From Anaeromyxobacteraceae bacterium (lineage in GTDB: Bacteria; Myxococcota; Myxococcia; Myxococcales; Anaeromyxobacteraceae), in contig JAULAX010000010.1 of assembly GCA_032654565.1 (NCBI GenBank), positions 96,001 through 160,000 of the forward strand: a DNA stretch of 64,000 nucleotides. The letters run 5' to 3'. The notes below the pieces were generated by a model. That model had not been told where the DNA came from, did no database searches, and worked only from the letters and a program-made list of their open reading frames with translations. Position numbers and translations under genes: made by a program. Below are positions 26,759 through 36,103 of this stretch, one piece after another. Numbering within the stretch: position 1 is the first letter of the stretch; every line of letters begins with the position of its first letter.

Positions 26759-27817
26759 TCAGCCGGCGAGCAGCTCGCCGGTGGAGGCGAGCTCCTGGAA
26801 GGTGCTCATGCTCCGGATCTGGTCGAGCGAGATGCGGACGAACATGGTGCCAGCCTTGAAGTCGGGGAGCGGGGTCGGCGCCTGGCCGGCGGCCAGCTGC
26901 ACGGTGGCGTAGGGCAGGTTCTGCCCGGCGCCGGCGGCGAGGTAGACCCAGGCGGGGAAGCGCGGGTTGACCTCGATGAGGAAGTACCTCCCCTCCGGGG
27001 TCCGCATCACCTCGACCTCGCAGGGGCCGCGCCACCGGGTGGCGGCCATGAACTTGCGGGTCATCTCGATGAGGTTGGGGTCGTTGACCGCGACGCCGGC
27101 CCAGCCCTTGCCCTTGTCGGTGAGGAACATCTTCTTCATGGGCACGGCGCCGACCAGGCCGCCCAGGCCGTCGCCCACCGCCACCACGTCGTACTCCTCG
27201 CCGGCGTGGAACTTCTGGGCGATCACCGGGACGCCCCACTTCGCCACCGTGGCGTGGAAGGAGCCCAGCGCCTCGTCGAGCGAGGCGACGTGGTGGGCGC
27301 CGTAGAAGATCCCCTTGAGCATGAAGGGGTAGCTGACCCGCTCGTGGACGGTGTAGAGCTCGCGTGCGTCGGAGATCACCTGCGAGGCCGGGACCTCGAT
27401 GCCGGCCTTCTGGCCGAGCTCGGCCAGCCGGACCTTGGAGCGCAGCTCGAACTGCTCGCGGGTGGGCAGGTACATGCCGATGCCGAGCGACCGCAGCTCC
27501 TCCTCGAGGGCGATGAAGGAGGGCAGCTCGGAGTCGAGCGTGGGGATGATGACGTCGATGGGGAACTTCGAGTGGACGTAGCGGATCCGCTCGCGCAGCG
27601 CGTCGACGCCCTGGCTCGGGTAGGGGATGAGGAAGGAGGCGGCCAGGCCGAGCTCCTCGCTGTAGAGCCCCGGGTCGAGGGTGTCGTAGGCCAGGCCGAT
27701 GAGCTGCCCGGTGAAGCGGGGCTCGTGGCGGATGGAGCGGAGGACGGCGACGCCGGGGCCGGGGTTGTCGGTGGCGTTGAGCCCGGTGACGGCGATGGTG
27801 AGGTCGTGCCTGGACAT
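26759..27817 (-). CDS. ATP-grasp ligase (CarB-like)
   Basis: IIPTLDSEL, YPFMLKG, IEVNPRF. Confidence 0.85.
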   Translation of the reverse strand: MSRHDLTIAVTGLNATDNPGPGVAVLRSIRHEPRFTGQLIGLAYDTLDPGLYSEELGLAASFLIPYPSQGVDALRERIRYVHSKFPIDVIIPTLDSELPSFIALEEELRSLGIGMYLPTREQFELRSKVRLAELGQKAGIEVPASQVISDARELYTVHERVSYPFMLKGIFYGAHHVASLDEALGSFHATVAKWGVPVIAQKFHAGEEYDVVAVGDGLGGLVGAVPMKKMFLTDKGKGWAGVAVNDPNLIEMTRKFMAATRWRGPCEVEVMRTPEGRYFLIEVNPRFPAWVYLAAGAGQNLPYATVQLAAGQAPTPLPDFKAGTMFVRISLDQIRSMSTFQELASTGELLAG

Positions 27818-27842
27818 GGGGTGCTCTCGGGGAGGCGTGGGG

Positions 27843-28112
27843 CTAGCTGCGCTCTTCGGCGGGGAGCAGGCCGCTCTCGCGGAGCTGCTGCATGAACTCG
27901 CGGACGTCGCGGAGCGGGTCGTCGCCGGGCCCGGTCTGGTAGCCGGACTCGAGGGCCTGGCGGATGGCCGGCTCGGAGAGCCCGTCCCGAAGCTTCTCGA
28001 GGATGAACCGGCCCGTCTGGTTCAGGCTGAAGGTGAGCCCCGTGTAGGGGTCGAAGAGGAAGCCACTCTCGCTGACGGCGAGGTCCTTGAGGCGCTGCAT
28101 CCGGTCGGTCAC
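27843..28112 (-). CDS. Stand-alone PqqD-family protein (RiPP recognition element)
   Basis: 89 aa with GFLFDPYTGLTFSLNQTGRFILEKL...DVREFMQQLRESGLL, the typical PqqD/RRE pattern; AAAGG RBS. Confidence 0.85.
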   Translation of the reverse strand: MTDRMQRLKDLAVSESGFLFDPYTGLTFSLNQTGRFILEKLRDGLSEPAIRQALESGYQTGPGDDPLRDVREFMQQLRESGLLPAEERS

Positions 28113-28164
28113 TGCGGTTCACCTTTCGTTGGAGGTGGCGCCATCGCGCCCTTCCTGACGGTGG

Positions 28165-28190
28165 GAAGGAGGGGCGTCGATTTTTGTTCC
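28165..28190 (-). promoter_or_regulatory. Possible ECF-dependent promoter of the PqqD operon
   Basis: GGAAC-N17-CTTC, one mismatch from the motif at 28801-28826. Confidence 0.35.
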
Positions 28191-28194
28191 CGGG

Positions 28195-28845
28195 GTGATG
28201 CGCTATCCTCGACGAGTGGGGCGGACCGATCTCGATCAGCTGGTGGAGCGTGCCCAGGCCGGCGAGGTCCGGGCCTTCGAGGCGCTCATCGAGGGGCAGC
28301 TCCCCCGCATCCGCCGCTACGCCCGCGCCTTCGCCGGCGCCGAGCACGAGGCCGACGACCTGGCGCAGGAGGCGCTGGTGCGTGTCTACAAGAGCCTGCG
28401 CTCCTTCCGGTGGCAGTCGGCCTTCTCCACCTGGCTCTTCGCCGTGGTCCGCTCCGCCTTCCTCGACGCCATGAAGGGTCGGGCCGGCACCCGGCGGGCC
28501 CTGGAGGAGCCCTGGAGCGAGGCCCACGCGCAGCTCGAGGGCGGGGAGCGACCCGACGAGCGGCTCTCCGCCGAGCAGGACCGCCGCCGGGTCTGGGCGG
28601 CGCTGCGCCAGGTGCCCACCGAGTTCCGCAGCGCGCTGGTGCTCTTCGACATCGAAGGCTGCAGCTACGACGAGGTGGCGGCGATCGAGGAGGTGGCGGT
28701 GGGGACGGTCAAGTCGCGGCTCTCGCGGGGCAGGGCCCACCTGCGCCGGCTCCTCGAGGCCGACGGGGAGGGCGCCCCACGTGGGACTTTCGTCGAGCCG
28801 GGAACATCGACGGTGACCATGTCGTCTGATCAGGTGGAACCATGA
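28195..28845 (+). CDS. ECF sigma-70 factor (RpoE-like)
   Basis: EADDLAQEALVRVY, FSTWLF, SYDEVA....VGTVKSRLSRGR. Start may be the GTG at 28216. Confidence 0.9.
   Translation: MMRYPRRVGRTDLDQLVERAQAGEVRAFEALIEGQLPRIRRYARAFAGAEHEADDLAQEALVRVYKSLRSFRWQSAFSTWLFAVVRSAFLDAMKGRAGTRRALEEPWSEAHAQLEGGERPDERLSAEQDRRRVWAALRQVPTEFRSALVLFDIEGCSYDEVAAIEEVAVGTVKSRLSRGRAHLRRLLEADGEGAPRGTFVEPGTSTVTMSSDQVEP
28801..28826 (+). promoter_or_regulatory. ECF-type promoter inside the 3' end of the sigma gene
   Basis: GGAAC-N17-CGTC just upstream of the anti-sigma ATG. Confidence 0.55.
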
Positions 28846-29414
28846 GCCAGCCGGTCGACAGCGGGGATGGGGACCTCCGGGCGCGGCTCGCCGCCCTGCG
28901 CACCGACCTGCCCGAGGGGGACTTCAAGCTGGCGCTGCACCGGCGCCTGCAGGCCGCCGGGCCGCCGGTGGACCCTTCGCCGTGGCGCCGGCTCGCCGAG
29001 CTCCTCCAGGCGCGGCAGCTCTTCTGGCCGGCGCTGGGGGCTGCCGCGGGCGTGGCCGCCTTCCTGCTGCTCGCCTCGCCGACGCCCGCGCCGGTGGGCA
29101 CCGAGGTGGCCCGGCTCGCCACCCGGCTGCCGGCGAGCCAGGTGGCGGTGGTGCGGCTCACCTTGAGCGCCGACGGCCCGGTGGAGGCCGCCCGCATCCG
29201 GGTCTCGCTGCCGGCCGGGCTGTCCTTCTGGGCAGAGGGGAAGGAGCTGGCGCAGCGGGACTTCGAGTGGACGCAGGCGCTCACCGCGGGCGACAATGAG
29301 ATCCCCATCGCGGTGCGAGGCCAGCGGCCCGGCCGCTACCGCATCGGGGTGGAGACCCGCATCGGCGGGGAGCGGATCGAGGACGAGATCATGATCGAGG
29401 TGACGGGCGGATGA
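28842..29414 (+). CDS. Putative single-TM anti-sigma factor
   Basis: Coupled to the ECF gene; short cytoplasmic part, TM helix, beta-rich periplasmic domain. Confidence 0.65.
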   Translation: MSQPVDSGDGDLRARLAALRTDLPEGDFKLALHRRLQAAGPPVDPSPWRRLAELLQARQLFWPALGAAAGVAAFLLLASPTPAPVGTEVARLATRLPASQVAVVRLTLSADGPVEAARIRVSLPAGLSFWAEGKELAQRDFEWTQALTAGDNEIPIAVRGQRPGRYRIGVETRIGGERIEDEIMIEVTGG

Positions 29415-29875
29415 GGCGGCTCCTCATGACCATGGCGGTGCTCCTGCTGGCCGGCCCGGTGACGGGCCGGGCCGAGGAGGCCAGGCCCGGCGCCGCCACC
29501 GTCTCGCCGGCGCCGACGTCGGCGAGCACCTCGCCCCGGGCCACCGGACCGGCGACGGTCGGGCCCCGGGTCCGCTCCTCCCACCGGGTCGACGTCATCG
29601 CGCCCGGTGAGCGCGTCGATACCGTCATCGATCGGGTCCGCGCCGGTCGACCGGCCACCGGAGGCCCCGACGGCGGCCGCGGACCGGGTGGCGGTCCAGG
29701 TCCAGGGCCGGGGCAAGGACCGGGATCAGGACCAGGACAAGGACCAGGAGGTGGCCCACCGCCGGGCGCTGGACCATCGACAGGACCTGGACCTGGCGGT
29801 CCTGGATCGAGGCCCGGACCCGGGATGGGCCCGGGCCTTGGCGGTCCACCTTCGGCGGATCGCCCTCGCCGATGA
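29411..29875 (+). CDS. Exported Gly/Pro-rich (GPG-repeat) protein
   Basis: Signal peptide, then GPGx repeats; ATGA overlaps at both ends. Confidence 0.65.
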   Translation: MRRLLMTMAVLLLAGPVTGRAEEARPGAATVSPAPTSASTSPRATGPATVGPRVRSSHRVDVIAPGERVDTVIDRVRAGRPATGGPDGGRGPGGGPGPGPGQGPGSGPGQGPGGGPPPGAGPSTGPGPGGPGSRPGPGMGPGLGGPPSADRPRR

Positions 29876-31458
29876 CGCTCGCCAGCGCCCTGGCGCTGCT
29901 CCTGGCCACGGCACCCCTCGACCCCCTCGCCGGAGCCCGCGGCGCCTTCGCCGCCGGGGACTACGCTCTCGCCGAGCGGCTGGCGCTGGAGGGGCAGGCC
30001 GAGCCGCCCGCGGCGGCGCTCTACCTCGCCGGCCTGGCCCGCTTCCGGGCCGGCCGCCCCGCCGAGGCGCTGGAGGCGCTGGACCGGGCCGAGGCCGGCG
30101 CCGACTCCGCGGCCGCCTGGCACTTCAACCGCGGCGCCTGCCTCTACCAGCTCGCGCGTCACGCCGAGGCCGAGGCCGCCTTCCTGGTCGCCGCTGCGGA
30201 CCCGGCCTTCGCGCCGCTGGCGCTGGTCAACGCCGGCTTCGCCGCGCTCGACGCCGGCGAGGCGACGCGGGCCGGCGAGCTGGCGGCGCGGGCTCGTGGC
30301 GTGGCGACCGGCCCGGCCCTGGAGCTGGTCGAGGAGCTGGAGCAGGCGCTCGAGGCCGGCCCGGGCCGGACCGGCGAGCCTCCCGCCAGCGGATCTCCAG
30401 CGAAGCCCCCGGCGCCGGCGGCGACGCCGACCTCCCAGCTCACCGCCGAGGCCCACCTGGAGGCCGGCTGGGACAGCGACGCCCTGCGCTCCGGCACCGG
30501 CGTGCTGGAGCGGCCCCACCAGTCGGACGGCGCCGGCAGCCCCCTGGTGGCGGCCGCCGCGGCGCTGGCCTGGCGCGGCCCGGTGCTCGGGGCCACGGCC
30601 CAGGCGAGCTACGCCTTCAACCAGGTCGCCTACCTGAAGCCGCAGGCCCGGGACCGGAGCGACCAGGAGCACGACCTCCGCCTGGCGGCCCGGGTGGCCC
30701 CGACGCCGCAGCTCCAGCTCGAGCTCTCGCTCTTCGGCCAGTACGCGCTGGCCGGTCTCTCCAAGCTGCGCGGCCTGCAGGCGGCGGGTGGGGCCCGGCT
30801 GGCCGCCTCCTACGACCTGTCGCCGTCGCAGACCAGCCGCGCCGGCGGCTCCTTCACCGCCAAGCAGGGGGTCGGCAGCGAGTTCGCCTCGCTCACCGGC
30901 GATCGCTGGGAGGCCGACGCCTCGCACGAGGTCCGCTGGGAGCGGCTCGCCCTCGAGGCCGGCTACCGGCTTCGGCTCGAGCGGATCGGCATCGTCTCCA
31001 CGTCGCGCCCGCCGATTCCGCTCGGGGCGGCGCCCTGTCCGCTGGGCTGCGCGGTCACCGACCGGGAGCCGCTCAGCTACCTCGGCCAGACCGGCTGGCT
31101 GGCGGCGCGGCTGGAGCCGTGGTCCTGGCTGCGACTCGACCTCGACGCTGGCCTGGAGTGGCGGCTCTACGACGACACCATGGGGACCATCCTGACAGGC
31201 CCGGATGGCGCCGGGGTGCTGGTCGGCGCCAGGCAGCGGCACGAGCGGCGCTGGTTCACCGGCGAGACCGCCGCGTTCCGGGTCGCCCCCTGGCTCTCGC
31301 TCAGCCTCCGGCACGACTGGCTGGACAGCCGCTCCGCCCTCCAGGCGGTGCCCGGAGGCGTCATGTGCCCGGCCTCGCAGCCGGCCTGCCCTCCGGTCGG
31401 CGCCGTCGAGCGCTGGAGCAAGCACGTCCTGACGCTGGGCGCCTCGCTGGCCTGGTAG
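29872..31458 (+). CDS. TPR plus outer-membrane beta-barrel protein
   Basis: N-terminal TPRs, amphipathic strands, C-terminal aromatic residue (LGASLAW). Confidence 0.7.
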   Translation: MTLASALALLLATAPLDPLAGARGAFAAGDYALAERLALEGQAEPPAAALYLAGLARFRAGRPAEALEALDRAEAGADSAAAWHFNRGACLYQLARHAEAEAAFLVAAADPAFAPLALVNAGFAALDAGEATRAGELAARARGVATGPALELVEELEQALEAGPGRTGEPPASGSPAKPPAPAATPTSQLTAEAHLEAGWDSDALRSGTGVLERPHQSDGAGSPLVAAAAALAWRGPVLGATAQASYAFNQVAYLKPQARDRSDQEHDLRLAARVAPTPQLQLELSLFGQYALAGLSKLRGLQAAGGARLAASYDLSPSQTSRAGGSFTAKQGVGSEFASLTGDRWEADASHEVRWERLALEAGYRLRLERIGIVSTSRPPIPLGAAPCPLGCAVTDREPLSYLGQTGWLAARLEPWSWLRLDLDAGLEWRLYDDTMGTILTGPDGAGVLVGARQRHERRWFTGETAAFRVAPWLSLSLRHDWLDSRSALQAVPGGVMCPASQPACPPVGAVERWSKHVLTLGASLAW

Positions 31459-31502
31459 CTGGCTGCGTCAAGGCTGACGCGCCGCGGCAGGATCGGTCAG
31501 CG

Positions 31503-31520
31503 AACTACTCTGGGACGGGA
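31503..31520 (+). repeat. Intergenic copy of AACTACTCTGGGACGGGA
   Basis: Identical to 12760-12777. Confidence 0.7.
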
Positions 31521-31629
31521 TCTGGGGTGAGGTGTAACGTCGCAGCCTCGTCATCTGCGGGAAGGACACGGCGTCGCAGCTCCTCGCGGGCTGGTCGCCC
31601 GAAGCACCGGAACCGCAGGGGAGGTGCGC

Positions 31630-33303
31630 ATGGAGACCGGCGAGGACCAGAACGTCCTGCACGCCTTCTACCGGGTGGTGCGGGAGAGACGCGGGGAGAC
31701 CTACCTCTCGCAGCCGGTCGGTGGCGGCCGGGTCGATGACCTCTCCTTCGACCGCACGCTCGACGAGTCGAAGCGGATGGCCGCCTACCTGCGCTCGCTC
31801 GGCCTGCCGCCGGGGAGCCGCGTCGGCATCGTCTCCAAGAACTGCGCCCACTTCTTCCTCGCCGACCTGGCCATCTGGATGGCGGGGCTGGTCCCGGTGG
31901 CGCTCTTCCCCACCTACTCCGCCGCCACCGTGCGCTACGTCCTCGAGCACAGCGACTGCCAGCTGCTCTTCGTCGGCAAGCTCGACGACTGGCCGGAGAT
32001 CGCGCGAGGGGTGCCCGCCGGGCTGCCGGGCGTGGCCTTCCCGCTGGCGCCGCCGACCGGCCTGCCACGCTGGGACGACCTCGTCGCGCGCCACCCGCCC
32101 ATCGCCGACGAGCCGCGCCGACGGCCCGAGGACTGGGCCCTCATCGTCTACACCTCGGGGAGCACCGGCCAGCCCAAGGGGGTGGTCCACACCTTCGCGT
32201 CGATCTCGGCGGCGGTCTACGGCATCGTCAAGCTGCTCGGCATCCGGGGCAGCGACAGCGGCTTCTCCTACCTGCCGCTGGCGCACATCATGGACCGCTG
32301 GGTCTCCGAGTGGACCTCGCTGGTCACCGGCTACCGGGTCTCCTTCGCCGAGAGCGTCGACACCTTCCTCGCCGATCTCAAGCGGGCCCGCCCCACGCTC
32401 TTCGTCTCGGTGCCGCGCCTCTGGCTCAAGTTCCAGCGAGGGGTCTTCGCCAAGGTGCCGGAGCGGCGGCTGGCGCGGCTGCTGCGGGTGCCCGTCCTCT
32501 CCGGGCTGGTCAAGCGCCTGATCCTGCGGAGCCTCGGCCTCGACCGGGTCCGCTTCGCCGCCAGCGCCTCCGCCCCCATCCCGCCCGAGCTGATGACCTG
32601 GTACCGCGACCTCGGCCTCGAGCTGCTCGAGGGCTACGGCATGACCGAGAACGTCGGCTACTCGCACGCCACCCGCCCGGGCCGGGGCGTGCCCGGCTAC
32701 GTCGGCCAGCCCTACGAGGGGGTCGAGTGCAAGCTCGGCGAGGGCGGGGAGATCCTGGTGAAGAGCCCGGGGACCATGGTCGGCTACTTCAAGGAGCCGG
32801 AGCTGACCCGCGAGGCCTTCACGCCCGACGGCTTCCTCAAGACCGGGGACCTGGGGTTCATCGAGGCCGACGGCCGGCTCCTCATCACCGGGCGGCTCAA
32901 GGAGCTCTTCAAGACCAGCAAGGGCAAGTACGTGGCGCCGGCGCCCATCGAGAACCTGCTCAACCGCTCCGGCTACATCGAGCTCTCCTGCGTGGCCGGC
33001 GCCAGCCAGTCCGCCTCGCACGCCGTGGTCCAGCTCGCCGAGCACGTCCAGCAGCGGATCCGCGAGGCGTCGGTGCGCCAGGAGGTGACCGCGGCGCTGC
33101 GCGGGCTGCTCGACGCCGTCAACCGCGAGCTGCCGGCCTACGAGCGGCTGGCCTTCATCGCCGTCGCCGGCGACCGCTGGAGCATCGAGGACGGGTCGCT
33201 GACGCCGTCGCTCAAGCTGAAGCGCTCGGTCATCGAGGCCCGCTACGCCCCGGCGCTCCCGCGCTGGTACGCCAGCGGCCAGAGCGTCATCTGGGAGGGG
33301 TGA
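31630..33303 (+). CDS. Long-chain acyl-CoA synthetase (AMP-binding)
   Basis: YTSGSTGQPKG, YLPLAH, GYGMTE, TGDLG, GRLKELFKTSKGKYVAP. Confidence 0.9.
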   Translation: METGEDQNVLHAFYRVVRERRGETYLSQPVGGGRVDDLSFDRTLDESKRMAAYLRSLGLPPGSRVGIVSKNCAHFFLADLAIWMAGLVPVALFPTYSAATVRYVLEHSDCQLLFVGKLDDWPEIARGVPAGLPGVAFPLAPPTGLPRWDDLVARHPPIADEPRRRPEDWALIVYTSGSTGQPKGVVHTFASISAAVYGIVKLLGIRGSDSGFSYLPLAHIMDRWVSEWTSLVTGYRVSFAESVDTFLADLKRARPTLFVSVPRLWLKFQRGVFAKVPERRLARLLRVPVLSGLVKRLILRSLGLDRVRFAASASAPIPPELMTWYRDLGLELLEGYGMTENVGYSHATRPGRGVPGYVGQPYEGVECKLGEGGEILVKSPGTMVGYFKEPELTREAFTPDGFLKTGDLGFIEADGRLLITGRLKELFKTSKGKYVAPAPIENLLNRSGYIELSCVAGASQSASHAVVQLAEHVQQRIREASVRQEVTAALRGLLDAVNRELPAYERLAFIAVAGDRWSIEDGSLTPSLKLKRSVIEARYAPALPRWYASGQSVIWEG

Positions 33304-33395
33304 GGGGGCCGGGGCCGCCGCCCTGGCTGGCCGCCGAAACCCCCAAAGTAGCCACCCGCGGTCCATCGAGAGGGGGCACAGTCCGCGGGGTGCGC

Positions 33396-34766
33396 ATGAC
33401 GACCACGACGCCGACCGCGATCCCGCTGGCCCTGGGGCTCCTCCTGCTGGCCGGGTGCAGCGGCGGCCGGACGGACCCCGCCCCGGAGGTGCCGCCGGTC
33501 ATCCCCGCCGTCACCATCTTCCAGCTGCGCATCGACCAGGTCGACCCTGGCGTGGTCATCGTCAAGGATCCGCTGGTGCCGGCCGCGGCGGCGCTCTCGG
33601 TCAGCGATGGCACCGGCGTGGTGCTGGCCAGCACCCCCATGACCATCGAGGGGCGCGGCCACTCGACCTGGTACTACAGCTTCCTCGAGTACCCGAACCG
33701 GAAGCTGCCCTACAAGATCGAGTTCGCCAGCCGGGTGGACCTGATGGGGATGGGGCCGGCGAGGAAGTGGGTGCTGCTGGCCAACCGCTTCGACAAGTCG
33801 CTGATGAAGAACATGCTGGCCTTCGATCTGGCCCAGGGGCTGAGCTTCGGCTTCACCAACCGCTACCGGCTCGCCGAGCTCACCCTCAACGGCGACTACA
33901 AGGGGCTCTACCTGGTGACCGACCAGATCGAGGTCGACGAGACGCTGCGGGTGAAGACCGGGACCGTCAGCCCCGCCACCGACCCCGACCCCGGCTTCCT
34001 GCTGGAGTGGGATCACAAGCTGATCGACGGGACCGGCGATCCCGCCGTCGCCGGGATCGACTACTTCCTGGTCGCCGACATCGGCCAGGCCTTCGCGTTC
34101 AAGGGGCCGAAGGTGAAGGAACTGAACGGCGTCCCCGGCGACGCCGCCCGGGTGGCCATCGCCGCCTTCATGGCCGAGGCCTCCGCCGCCCTGCTCGACT
34201 GCAAGACCGGAACGGCCGGCCAGGACCGCTACAAGGCCCTGGTCGACGTCACCTCCTTCTACGACTACTTCATCGTCAACGAGTTCACCAAGAACACCGA
34301 CGCCGCCAGCTACTCCAGCATCTACGTGAACAGGCCCAAGGCGGGGAAGCTCGCCATGGGTCCGATCTGGGATCAGGACATCGCCTTCGGCTGGCTGGAG
34401 AGCGTCCGATCGCCGACCGAGTGGTACGTCCGGGACCACAACCCCTGGCTCAGGGCCCTGGTCCGCGACAACGCCGAGTTCGCCGCCGGCCTCCGGGCTC
34501 GCTGGAACCAGGTGAAGTCGCTGGTGCGGGCGAAGGTGCTCGACGGCATCGACCTCCACGAGGTGCAGCTGAGGACCGCGGCCGCCAGGAATCATGACCG
34601 CTGGGGAGAGCTGTCGGCGCACCTCAACATCTGGACCCCGGAGCAGCAGTACCCGGTGGTCATCACCAGCTTCGCCGACGTGGTGGCCTATGTCCGGGAC
34701 TGGGCCGACCTCCGCTACGCCTGGCTCGACGCGCAGATCAACAGTCCTGCCTTGACCACGTTCTGA
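33396..34766 (+). CDS. CotH kinase-family lipoprotein
   Basis: Lipobox LLAGC; GRGHST, KLPYKI, WVLLAN, NGDYKGLY, GPIWDQD. Confidence 0.8.
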   Translation: MTTTTPTAIPLALGLLLLAGCSGGRTDPAPEVPPVIPAVTIFQLRIDQVDPGVVIVKDPLVPAAAALSVSDGTGVVLASTPMTIEGRGHSTWYYSFLEYPNRKLPYKIEFASRVDLMGMGPARKWVLLANRFDKSLMKNMLAFDLAQGLSFGFTNRYRLAELTLNGDYKGLYLVTDQIEVDETLRVKTGTVSPATDPDPGFLLEWDHKLIDGTGDPAVAGIDYFLVADIGQAFAFKGPKVKELNGVPGDAARVAIAAFMAEASAALLDCKTGTAGQDRYKALVDVTSFYDYFIVNEFTKNTDAASYSSIYVNRPKAGKLAMGPIWDQDIAFGWLESVRSPTEWYVRDHNPWLRALVRDNAEFAAGLRARWNQVKSLVRAKVLDGIDLHEVQLRTAAARNHDRWGELSAHLNIWTPEQQYPVVITSFADVVAYVRDWADLRYAWLDAQINSPALTTF

Positions 34767-34778
34767 GCGGACCGCCCG

Positions 34779-35483
34779 TCAGGGCGCGCAGACCGCGGCC
34801 CAGGCCGGGCTGGCGAGCACCTTCTCGGCGATGAGGGCGTGGCCGGCGTCGTTGAGGTGGACGCCGTCGCCGGAGGCGTAGGCGCCAAGCACGCTGCTGT
34901 CGGTCGCGGCCAGGTCGGCCCAGAGGGCCAGGGAGCGCGGCGCCGCCACGGCCGGGAGCGCGTCGCGCAGGGCGACCATCAGCGCCACCTGGGGCGGGTC
35001 GGTGAAGCTGCGCGGGAAGGGGCCGAGGATGACGTCAGCGGCCCCGGCGGCCCGGATCCCGTCGCGGAGCAGGGCGTGGTTGGCCAGCGTCTCGGCCACC
35101 GGGTAGTAGTTGGCGGCGTCGTTCGACGGGTACTGCACCAGCACCAGCGCCGGCTTGAGCGACAGCGCGGCGTCGAGGTTGGCGTCGGCGCGCGGCGCCG
35201 GCCGACCGGCCGGCGGAGGGCCGGCGCTGGCCGGGAGCCCCTGCCAGGTGGTGGTCCCCGAGACGGCCAGGTTGCTGACGGCCACATGGGGGCAGCGGGT
35301 CGCCGCGGCGGCGCGGACCCGGTCGACCCAGCCCTTGCCGAGGGAGGCGCCGACCCCGGCCGCCGTCGAGGAGCCGAGGACGGCCACCGCCACCGCGGGG
35401 CGCTTCGCCGCGGCGCCGCCGCAGGCCAGCGCGGCGGCGGTGAGCAGCGAGGCGAGGAGGGTCGAGGCGCGGAGCGTGGGCAC
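34779..35483 (-). CDS. SGNH/GDSL hydrolase lipoprotein
   Basis: LGSSTA, NLAVSG, SND, DGVH blocks; ALAC lipobox. Confidence 0.8.
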   Translation of the reverse strand: MPTLRASTLLASLLTAAALACGGAAAKRPAVAVAVLGSSTAAGVGASLGKGWVDRVRAAAATRCPHVAVSNLAVSGTTTWQGLPASAGPPPAGRPAPRADANLDAALSLKPALVLVQYPSNDAANYYPVAETLANHALLRDGIRAAGAADVILGPFPRSFTDPPQVALMVALRDALPAVAAPRSLALWADLAATDSSVLGAYASGDGVHLNDAGHALIAEKVLASPAWAAVCAP

Positions 35484-35544
35484 GGGACCCGAAGTTCGCA
35501 GGGCGCCGCGGGCCCGTCAACAGGGCGCCGGGGGAAGCCAGGCC

Positions 35545-35934
35545 CTAGCTGGCCTTGAGCTTCTCCCGCATGTGGTCGATCACCTGGGTGTGCTCCCGCT
35601 GCGGGCTGAACATGATGATCTCGGCGTCGGCGGTGACCTTCACGTTGTGCCCCGCCGGCCAGTAGAACAGGTCGGCCGCCTTGACCGTCTCCTTCAGCCC
35701 CCGGGCGTCCGTGGTGGTGAGCTCCCCACGCAGGACGTAGCCCCAGTGCGGGCACTGGCAGAGGTCGCCGTCCAGCCCCTGGAACAGGGGCGTGGTGTCC
35801 ACCCCGGCGGCGAGCGAGGAGTACTCGCCGCTGATCTTCCCCAGCCCGGTCGCATCCCCCAGCCCGGTCCGCTGGCGGATGACGGCGCCCGGGATCTGCA
35901 GCTTCACCTCGATCTGGTCCTTGGCCACGCGCAT
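35545..35934 (-). CDS. Cupin-fold protein
   Basis: CQCPHWGYVLRG...FYWPAGH; GAGGAGG RBS. Confidence 0.75.
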   Translation of the reverse strand: MRVAKDQIEVKLQIPGAVIRQRTGLGDATGLGKISGEYSSLAAGVDTTPLFQGLDGDLCQCPHWGYVLRGELTTTDARGLKETVKAADLFYWPAGHNVKVTADAEIIMFSPQREHTQVIDHMREKLKAS

Positions 35935-36103
35935 GAACTGCCTCCTCGTCGTTGGTTGTCGTGCCGCACCTCCCTCTTCATGCGACCGGTGCCGCCGCGG
36001 CCATCCAGATCCCGCTGCGCTGTGCAGATCGCGCCGGTTCCGGTTAGGGAGAGTCCGCGGCACGTCGGCCTGGCCAGTGACCGACGACCCGGAAGGGGCA
36101 TCC

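Noticed and set aside
27843..28112. PQQ biosynthesis or lasso-peptide cluster
   Set aside because: No pqqA/B/C/E, lasso cyclase or leader peptidase, and no precursor ORF nearby.
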